Shown: piece by piece, positions 46,907 to 56,000 of the stretch
Position numbering within the stretch: the stretch's first letter is position 1
How the letters are laid out: each line of letters opens with the position of its first letter
IMG/VR virus record: IMGVR_UViG_3300009285_005282
Location: 32,001 to 96,000 of that record
Direction: 5' to 3' (one strand)
Source: a virus
Length of the DNA stretch: 64,000 bases
The notes under the pieces: model-generated
The model's database searches: none
What the model was told of the DNA's origin: nothing
The model's input: only the letters and a program-made list of their open reading frames with translations
Translations under genes and position numbers: made by a program

Positions 46907-47753
46907 AATTGCTCGGGTGGAAGCACAGCTGCGCGAGATGGAGAAACACGCCGTTGACCCCGGATTGATGGCGCGGGCCGGGCAACGGTTTTGGGGTGCT
47001 AACCCGTGGTTGGGTCGCGGGCTAGGAATGGCAGGCGGCGCCGCTACGGGTGGGGGTGTGGGCTACGTTACCGCCAAGGATGAAGCGTCACGTCCCGCAA
47101 GTGTCATCCAAGGAGCGATGATCGGTGCTGGGGTAGGCGCGCTGGGCGGGCAGTTCGCTACCGCCCGGGGGGTAACCCAGGCGAAACACTTCGGGCAGCG
47201 CCAGCTCCACGGCGCGACAGGCTATCTCCCCGAGCACGGACTGTTCGGGACCAAGAACATGCCCGCCAACGCCGTTGCGGCGCGAGCAACGCGCACCTCC
47301 GCGCTCAAGGACATGGGGTTTCACGTGCCCGAGGTAAAGTCAGTGGAGGAGTACCGCAAGAACCTGACGGCGCCGTGGCTGTTTGGGGGCGCGCGGGCCA
47401 AGCTGTACCGGGCGCGGGATCAGGCGCAGCGCACGCTGGTTGAGGAGAACATGACCAACCTGCCCGGGGTGGCTCGGGGCTACGTGGCACCACGCGAAGG
47501 TCTTCGGCGGCGCGATGTGCTTAAGGCCAATCTGCTGGCGCAGGGCGGTCTGGGGCTAGGGGCGGGTGCGTTGTTCGCCGCCCCTAGCGTGGTGAGTGCG
47601 GTACAGCAGCGCGACCCGAAAGAGGGTGTGCGCGCGCTTGTGGAGAACGCACCGTACATGCTGGCCTCTGCCATTCCGGTTGCGCCGATGATGGCCGCGG
47701 GCAGTCTTCTCTCCGCCGGGGTCGGTAGAGTGCTTCCTCGAAAGGAGCCGTAA
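46887..47753 (+). CDS. Glycine-zipper putative virion protein with MEKHA leader
   Basis: AAGGAG RBS; GLGMAGGAATGGGVG, GAMIGAGVGALGG. Confidence 0.7.
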   Translation: MSNYSIEIARVEAQLREMEKHAVDPGLMARAGQRFWGANPWLGRGLGMAGGAATGGGVGYVTAKDEASRPASVIQGAMIGAGVGALGGQFATARGVTQAKHFGQRQLHGATGYLPEHGLFGTKNMPANAVAARATRTSALKDMGFHVPEVKSVEEYRKNLTAPWLFGGARAKLYRARDQAQRTLVEENMTNLPGVARGYVAPREGLRRRDVLKANLLAQGGLGLGAGALFAAPSVVSAVQQRDPKEGVRALVENAPYMLASAIPVAPMMAAGSLLSAGVGRVLPRKEP

Positions 47754-47754
47754 C

Positions 47755-49614
47755 GTGTTCGGGTCAACCCCAGCGCCAACGCCGACAACGACGAGTGCCC
47801 GTCTCGAAGGGCGTATCCGCGGTTCCCTCACGGGTGTGCGGTACCCCGACCCGTTCTTCGACCTGGCGCACACCTACCTGCCAACCTCGATCCTGGCGTT
47901 GTTTCGTTGGTGCAGGTACTACTACCTCACCTCCCCGCTCATCGCCGCGGCGGTGGACAAGCTCGCTGAGTACCCCATTACCGCGTTGGAGTTCACCGGT
48001 AGCAGCACGGAGGTGCACCGGCTGTGGGAGGCGTACTTCGAGGACGACCTGCACCTTCGGGAGACGTTGGTCGATATCGGCGTGTTCTACAACTGCTATG
48101 GCAACACCATCGGCTCCTTGCACTTTCCAGCCACTAAGTGGTTGGTGTGTGAGAACTGCCACCACGAGGAACCAGCAACCGCAGCCAAGTACGACTACCG
48201 GGGCTGCAAGTTCCATCTGAAGTGCGCGCAGTGCGGGCACAACGGTCCCGCCGAGGTGCGTGAACGCGCGGTCAAGACCACCAAGGGAGCGCGACTGCTG
48301 CTGTGGAACCCGGAGGACATGGAGGTCCGCTACAACGAGTTCACGGGTCACTCCACCTACTACTACCGTATCCCGGCCTACCTGCGCACCGCTGTGCGGC
48401 TCGGACGGCGGGACATCGTGGACCACTCCCCCCAGGTGTTCCTGGATGCAGTGCGGGAGGAGAAGGCGGTGGTGCTCAACCCGGAGAACGTGGTGCATCT
48501 CCGTCGTCCCTCGATCATGACCGGGCAGTTGAACCGCGGGTTGGGCATTCCGCTGGTGCTCCCGGTGCTCAAGAATAACTTCTACCTCCAGATTATGCGC
48601 AAGGCGCAGGAAGCTGTGCTTGCCGAGCGGTTGGTGCCCCTCAACATCCTGTTTCCAACCCAGTCCGCGCCGGGCGTGAACCCCTACGAGCTCATGGACC
48701 TGAGCCGTTGGCGGGACCAGGTCAACGAGGAAGTCAACCACTGGCGCCGTGATCCTAATTACATACCAGTATTACCACTACCAGTTGGCCACCAAATGAT
48801 CGGCGGGGATGGCCGGGCGCTACTGCTCTACAACGAGATGCGCTCCGAAGCGGAGACCATCTTGGTGGGAATGGGCATCCCGCCAGAGCTCGTTTTTGGG
48901 GGGTTGTCCTGGAGTGCTTCGAACGTCAGCCTGCGGATGCTGGAGAACCGATTTCTGCGGTACATCGCCGGGCTGGAGCAGCTACTCAACAGTTTCGTCA
49001 TCCCCCGTACCGCCGCCCACATGGGCTGGCCCGCGGTACGGGCGCGGTTCCGACCGTTCAAGATGGCTGACGATCTGCAGCGGTCGGCGTTCCTGTTCCA
49101 GCTCAACCAAGCCAAGCTGGTGAGTGACACCACCATGCGGCGGGAGACCAACCTCGATCCGGACACCGAGGACGAGCGGCTCAAGAAGGAGGTCAAGTCC
49201 AGACTGCACGGGGTGGAAGAACAGCAGATGGCCGAGGCGCGTATCTCTGGGCAAGTTGGGGTGCTCACCGCCAAGTACCAGGCAAAGGCCCAACAGGTCA
49301 TGGCGGAGGAGCAACGTCAGATGCAGTCGGGCACCTACGGCGCTGCTCCAGGAGAGGAGGGGGCTGGGATGGGACAGGAGGCGGTGGCCCCCGTCGCTGC
49401 TCCGGCGGGCCCAGTGCCGCAGATCCTACAGCGGCTACAGGGGCTGTCCCCGGAAGCGCAGCAGCAGGTGTTGCAACGGATAGGTCAACAAAACCCCGAG
49501 CTGGCCAGCAGCCTGGCGCAGCAGCTTCAACCGGCCTCCACACCTGCCAGTGACAGCGCGGGCGCTCCACTTCCGGAGCAGCTCCCGCCGAGACGGCAAG
49601 CGCAGCTCATCTGA
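47755..49614 (+). CDS. Portal protein (putative) with Zn-ribbon insertion
   Basis: CRYYY..SPLIAAAVDKLAEYPI, VVHLR, GIPLV, ILVGMGIPPELVFGG; Gln/Pro-rich tail; size and context. Confidence 0.7.
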   Translation: MFGSTPAPTPTTTSARLEGRIRGSLTGVRYPDPFFDLAHTYLPTSILALFRWCRYYYLTSPLIAAAVDKLAEYPITALEFTGSSTEVHRLWEAYFEDDLHLRETLVDIGVFYNCYGNTIGSLHFPATKWLVCENCHHEEPATAAKYDYRGCKFHLKCAQCGHNGPAEVRERAVKTTKGARLLLWNPEDMEVRYNEFTGHSTYYYRIPAYLRTAVRLGRRDIVDHSPQVFLDAVREEKAVVLNPENVVHLRRPSIMTGQLNRGLGIPLVLPVLKNNFYLQIMRKAQEAVLAERLVPLNILFPTQSAPGVNPYELMDLSRWRDQVNEEVNHWRRDPNYIPVLPLPVGHQMIGGDGRALLLYNEMRSEAETILVGMGIPPELVFGGLSWSASNVSLRMLENRFLRYIAGLEQLLNSFVIPRTAAHMGWPAVRARFRPFKMADDLQRSAFLFQLNQAKLVSDTTMRRETNLDPDTEDERLKKEVKSRLHGVEEQQMAEARISGQVGVLTAKYQAKAQQVMAEEQRQMQSGTYGAAPGEEGAGMGQEAVAPVAAPAGPVPQILQRLQGLSPEAQQQVLQRIGQQNPELASSLAQQLQPASTPASDSAGAPLPEQLPPRRQAQLI

Positions 49615-49621
49615 TACCTGG

Positions 49622-49660
49622 CTAAAGAAGCGGGCGGGGAGGCCAAAGCGCTCCCCGCCC
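49622..49660 (-). terminator. Rho-independent terminator of small antisense unit
   Basis: GGGCGGGGAG/CTCCCCGCCC 10-bp stem followed by CTTCTTTAG on the minus strand. Confidence 0.7.
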
Positions 49661-49673
49661 CAGTCGGTCTGCA

Positions 49674-49751
49674 CTAGCGCAGCCATTCTCCGGCGAGCTC
49701 AGCGATCCCCAACAGTAGGGTCGCGCCGAGCGCCAGGAGAAACAGCTCCAC
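49674..49751 (-). CDS. 25-aa hydrophobic peptide (putative)
   Basis: MELFLLALGATLLLGIAELAGEWLR; TAGTG coupling to upstream mini-ORF. Confidence 0.4.
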   Translation of the reverse strand: MELFLLALGATLLLGIAELAGEWLR

Positions 49752-49837
49752 TAGCAGCAGGCCAACTGTTCATCCACATCCCCCTCGATGTCTTCGAGGG
49801 GGTCGTCCCCGTAGGGACGGCCGCAGCAACTCAACAT
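49751..49837 (-). CDS. 28-aa acidic CC...CC peptide (putative)
   Basis: GGAGG RBS plus ATG; MLSCCGRPYGDDPLEDIEGDVDEQLACC. Confidence 0.4.
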   Translation of the reverse strand: MLSCCGRPYGDDPLEDIEGDVDEQLACC

Positions 49838-49879
49838 GGGACCTCCATACCGGCAGTGGTTGTTTCCGCCAGTTATGTC

Positions 49880-49906
49880 CTTATAGCAACCCCGGGTGCC
49901 AGTTTG
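49880..49906 (-). promoter_or_regulatory. Putative phage-sigma promoter CAAA-N15-GCTATAAG
   Basis: Same geometry as 44744-44770. Confidence 0.6.
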
Positions 49907-49932
49907 TTCCGGTAGCGAGATGCTGTTATAGT
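49904..49932 (+). promoter_or_regulatory. Putative sigma70-type promoter TTGTTC-N17-TATAGT with extended TG, upstream of the RNAP gene
   Basis: ~90 nt upstream of ATG 50024. Confidence 0.5.
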
Positions 49933-50023
49933 GGCCAAGCAGGCTCCGGAGACGGGCACTACGGTCCCCGTTCAGAGATGGAGACGGTCATGAGCTACGG
50001 AATCCACGATCACGAGGTGTGCA

Positions 50024-53000
50024 ATGGCGCGGCTTGACCCTAAGGAGAGCTACGAGGCGCTCAAGGATGGGGTGAAGGAGGCTATCTCCAAGACGTTCCC
50101 GCACGTGGGGAAGGTCAACACGTTGGAGTTGGAGGGCATCGACATCCCCGACGAGCTTTCCAGCAGCGACTACGCGGCGCAGAAGCAGGCCAAGCTCAAC
50201 GAGCGCACCTTCGGTATCCCGGTTCAGGCCACGATGGTGCTCCGGGAGAACGCTACCGGCAAAGTGCTCGACCGGTCCGTGGTCAAGATCGCCACGTTGC
50301 CGAAGATCACCGACCGCTACTCGTACATCACCGCGGGTACGGAGTACCAGGTGGACAACCAGTGGCGGTTGCGCCCCGGGGTGTACACCAAGGTCAAGCA
50401 GAACGGTGACCTGGACTCCTTCTTCAACATCAAGGGGCGCCCGCTGCACGTCGGGTTCGACCCCAAGACCAGAAAGTTCGATTTTCAGATCGGCGGTGCC
50501 GCTCCGCCGCTGTACCCGCTCATGAAAGCGCTTGGTGTGAGCGACGACACTTTGGAGCGGCAGTGGGGCACGGACATCCTGGCCGCCAACCGAGTGGACA
50601 CGCGGGGCAAGCCCCACAACCTGCAACGAACGGTTATCGACATCGCGCAACGGCTCGATCCTCGGGCGGAGGTTGGGTCCTACGAGCAGGCGGCCTCGGT
50701 CATTCGAGCCAACCTAGAAAGCTCGGCGCTGCACCCGGAGGTCACCCAGCGGACGTTGGGGAAGTCCATCGACCGTATCACCCCCGAGGCGATGCTGCTC
50801 TCCACCGGACGGCTGTTGGGGATCGCGAAGGGGAAGGAGCGGGAGGACGTCCGTGACTCTCAGTTGTTCAAGGACCTGCACAGCACGGAGGACTTCGTCA
50901 AAGAGCGCATCACGGGACACGCCAGTGTTATCGCACGGCGGGTGGGGAATAACCTGGACCGTAAGGGAAAGATCCGGGAGATCGTCGTCCCGGACGTCTA
51001 TGACCGCCCCATCCGCGAGTTCTTCGGCAAGGTGTCGCTGGCCAACTCGGCCGCGCAAACCAACCCGTTACGAATGATCGGCGGGCAGATGCGCACCACC
51101 ATCGCTGGCGAGGGTGGGGTGGCCGACGCCAACCGCATCACCGAAGACGCCAAGTTGGTGGACCCTAGCCACTTCGGAGTGCTGGACCCGCTGCACACGC
51201 CGGAAAGTTCAGCCACTGGTGTGTCCTTACAGCTCGCGCTTGGCGCCCGCAAGCAGGGTAACCGCGTGGTCGTCCCTCTGATCGACGTCAAGGATGGAAA
51301 AACCAAGCTGGTGGACACCTCCGTGATGTACGACTCGACCGTCGCGTTACCGGACTCGGTCAAGAAGCAGGGCGACAAGTTCGTCCCCGTATCCGGGTCC
51401 AAGGTCGTGGCGAGTGTGCCCGGCAACGCCATGCTCCCGGTAGCGATGAAGGACGTGGACTACATCGTTCCGCGCAGCGGGCAGATGTTCTCGATGGCAA
51501 CCAACCTGGTGCCCTTCATCAACAGCGACTCCCCGAACCGGGCGACGATGGCTGGACGCCACATGGAGCAGGCCATCCCGGTGGTGAACAGTGAGCCCCC
51601 GCTGGTGCAAAGTATGTTGGGTTCGGTCTCCATGGACACGGTCATCGGCCGCTTTGCCTCCACACGGGCGCCATTGGACGGGAAGGTCACGAAGATCACT
51701 GCGGATCACATCACCGTGGCCGACGCGGACGGAGTGGAGAAGCATATCCCCGTCTACAGTCACTTCCCGCTCAACGACAAGAAGGGCTATATCCACAGCA
51801 CCCCGGTGGTCAAGGTCGGGGACACCGTGAAAAGCGGTCAGCTCCTGGCGGACAGCAACTTCACGAAGGGCGGCGTGTACGCACCAGGTACGAATCTTAG
51901 AACCGCGTATATGACGTGGGCCGGAAGGAATTTTGAGGATGGAGTAGTTCTTAGCGAAACAGCCGCCCAGAAGCTCGCCAGCGCGCACATGTACAAGAAG
52001 GGGCTGGCGACGCGAGACCTGGAGCTCCCTGGCAAGAAGAAGTATCACGCCTACTACCCGTTGCAGAAGGAGCAGCTGGAAAAGTTGGATGACACCGGCG
52101 TGGTCCGGGTCGGGCAGCGGGTCAAGCCCGGCGACACCCTGGTGGCTGCGCTCGCAGAGCGAACGCTTACCACGGAGGAGCAGCGGCTCAAGCTGCTGCA
52201 CAACAGCCTGGTCAAGCCCAAGAAGGATAAAGCAGTCACTTGGGACGAGGACTACGAGGGGGAAGTCGTCGAGGTGCATCGCACCCCCAAGCGTGTGCAA
52301 GTCCACGTAAAGACTGTGGAACCGATGGAGATAGGGGACAAGCTCTGCTACGACGAACAGACAGATGTCCTGACCCTAACTGGGTGGAAACCCGTGTCCG
52401 AGGTGACATGTGAGGACCTTGTGTGCTGCCTGGTTGGGGAGGAGGTTGTCTACCAGCACCCCATAGCGGTCTTCTCCTATCCCACCGGCGGCCGAATGTA
52501 CGTGATCCGTTCCCAGCAGGTAGACCTGTTCGTTACCGCGGCGCATCAGATGTACGTGCGCTTACGCGGGGCACAGCAGTATCAGTTACTGCCCGCAGAG
52601 TCTCTTTTCGGCAAGAGGGTGCGTTACCGCAAGGACGGTGTGTGGCGGGGGGAACACCGGCAGAGCATCACGCTTCCAGCGGTGACGGTTCCGGATAGAC
52701 GTTACAAACTCGGTCAGCGGGACACCGCGCCTCTAACGCTGGACATGAGCACGTACCTGCTATTGCTTGGTGCGTTCTTGGCTGACGGAAACTGCGTGTG
52801 CATTCCAAACAGCGGAACCTACGGCATCGAGTTCAGCAAGGTACGGGAACCTAACCGAGCCGAGCTGCGTGCGGCGTTGACCACGGCGGGGATCTCGTGG
52901 ACGCCAGCTAGCAACAACACGAAAACGCGGCTTCATTCGGTTACGTTGCTTCACCATTTCCAGCAGTTTGGGCATGCTGCGGATAAGTTCATACCGGACG

Positions 53001-56000
53001 CCATGTTCGGTCTTCCCCCGGAGCAACTCGCGGTGCTGTTCCATTGGCTGTTCACGTGGGGGGATGGGCACACCAAAAACGGTAAACCTGTTTCTCAAAG
53101 TACGGTATCCCCTCGTTTAGCGGACGGTCTGCAGCGTTTGGCGCTGCACTTGGGAATGGCCGCGAACGTTACCGTGCTTCACGACGCGGGGTTGACGACC
53201 ATCAAGGGGCAAGAGTGCCATGTTCAAAAAACCTACGATGTGCGCATGGTCACAACGAAGCTGCACCCGCAGGTCAACCACGGGCACGTACATCAACAGC
53301 GTGCGCAAACTGAGGAGATCGTTGAGGACTACGACAAGCCAGTTTACTGCGTTATGGTACCAGAGCACGTCATCTACGTCCGTCGTAACGGCAAGCCGGT
53401 GTGGAGCGGGAACAGTGGTCGCCACGGCAACAAGGGAATCACGACCCAGATTCTCCCAGATGCGGAAATGCCCCATGATAGGGAGGGACGCCCAATGGAG
53501 ATCCTGCTCAACCCCATCGGGTTGGCCGGCAGGATGAACGTGGGGCAGATTCTGGAGACCGCGGCGGGAAAGCTCGCCGAGAAGACGGGGCAGACCTACC
53601 AGGTCTCCAACTTCACCAGCACGGACAACCTGACCGACGTGCAGAACGCGCTCAAGAAGGCCGGCATCTCGGACAAGGAGGACCTGATCGACCCCAATAC
53701 CGGCAAGGTCATTCCTCAGATCCTGGTGGGGAAGCAGCAGATCATCAAGCTGGAGCACCAGGTAGACAAGAAGATGCTCTCCCGAAGTCGAGACGCCTAC
53801 GACCACAACCTCGTACCCCGAGGTGGTGGAAAGCACGGCGCGCAGTCCTATGGAGCATTGGGGCTGTACGCGCTGTTGGCGCACGGCTCCCGCGCCAACA
53901 TCCGAGAAGCGCAGACGTGGCGGTCGGACCGGGCGCAGGGCGGCGACACCGACGAGCTCTGGGGAGCGCTGCAATCTGGCGAGCTCCTCCCACCCCCGCG
54001 AAAGACCTTCGCGTACCGGAAGTTCAACGCTTACCTGAACACCTTGGGGGTGAACACCGAGAAGGACGGAAACTCGCTGACCCTGGTGCCGATGACCGAC
54101 AAGCAGGTTCTGGAGATGTCCAACGGCGAGCTCACCGACGCGGGGAGGGTGCTGCGGATGAAGAGCCTAACGCCGGAGCCAGGGGGGCTGTTCGACGAAA
54201 AGATCACCGGTGGCTTGTCTGGTCAGAAGTGGGCGCACCTCACCCTTACCCACCCAGTCCCCAACCCGTTGTTCGAGAAGGCGGTCATGAGCCTGGCTGG
54301 AATCCGCGGTCCGCAGTTCGATTCGCTGATCCAAGGGCAGAACGGAGTGACCGAGCAGGGAGCGATCGTCGGTCCGGGGGTGCAGGGTGCGCTCTACGGC
54401 CCCCAGTCGATCGAACGTTTGCTGTCCAAGGTGAACGTGGGCACGGAGTTGGAGCGGGAGACCGCACGACTGCCTCGGCTCAAGGGGCAGCTGCTCAATG
54501 AAACGGCGCGCAAGGTAAAGTACCTACGGGCGCTGCAGAAGGCCAACCTGACTCCGGTCGACGCCTATATGACGAAGCACGTTCCAGTGCTGCCCCCCGC
54601 CATGCGCCCGGTGTCGGTGATGGATGACGGGTCGTTGCAGACGGACGACCTCAACCAGATCTACAAGTCGCTGGCGTTGGTGAACCAGCAAGCTGGCGCC
54701 TTTCCCGAGGGGACGCCGTGGTCGCTCAAGGCGCCAGTCGCGGCGAGCGTGTACGACCACGTGAAGTCCCTAGCCGGTCTCGGGGGCTCGCTCAACCGCA
54801 AGCACCCGGGCATCCTGGACATCATCGCTGGGCGTAACAGCCCGAAGGAGGGCTACGCGCAAGCGGTGCTCATCAAGCGCAAGCAGGACCTTACCGCACG
54901 CAGCACCATCGTTCCCGACCCGGGGCTGGCGTTGGATGAGGCGGCGCTGCCCCGCAAGCTCGCCAAGGAGATGTACAAGCCCTTCATCGTGGCGGAGCTG
55001 CGGCGGGCGACCGGGCGCAGCCCCTTGGAGGCCAAGGAGCTGATTGACAAGGATGACCCGCTTGCAGTGAGCGCACTGGACCGGGTGGTACAGCAGCGGC
55101 CTGTCCTACTGAAGCGGGACCCCGTGCTGCACAAGTACGGTGTGCAGGCGTTCAAGCCGCGACTCACCGACGGGCGAGCAATCCAGATACACCCGCTGGT
55201 GTGCAGCTCGTACAACGCTGATTTCGACGGGGACGCCCAGGTAGGAGCGGTGTTTGCTTTCCTCCCAAATGCGTTATATGATGCAGAATGTGGCTTCTGG
55301 TCACAGCGGGAGGTAGGGATGACGGCGCGATTTCAAGAGACAGTGAGCTATGACACCGAGGGTGGTCATATGGTCATATGTGACCTGAAAGACTTCCCCC
55401 ACCTGGAAGCGAAGACCACTCGGGGGCATATCGACTACCACCCGGTGCCCGTGGGGGTCAAGGTGGTAGCCCTCGACGAACGGGACGGGCCGGTGTTGGC
55501 GGAGGTGACCGGCTGGTCACTCCATCGGAAGCGGCGGGTAGAGATTGTAACATTGGGTAGCGGGCGGCAAATCGTCACCGACGACGACGAGCGTGCCGTG
55601 TACGGGGTTGACGCGTCCTCACTGGAATGGTGTCGCCGTCGCCCTCGGGAAGCGCGGGACCAGTTTGTCCCGGTCGTGGATCAGACACCCGTGTCAGACG
55701 TGGTCCAGTGGAAGACCTGGCCAGTAAGATCCAGTAGTCCTCGGCTGCACGCTCAAGTGCCGGGAAACTTCGACTTTGGCTATTTTCTCGGCGCCATCGT
55801 GGGCGACGGGTGGGCAGCCCGCGTAGACGGGGACCCACATGACGTGTGCCTGGGTTCCTCGATTGCGGAAGTCAGCAAGCGCTGGACTGACGCGGCGCAG
55901 GTGCTGTTTCAAGAGCCAGTGGCCTCGTGCTGGATATGGAGAGCACACGGGAAGCTAGGGGCCTCGGAGGGTAGCGGGTCGGTGACAATTTCGTGTCGGG

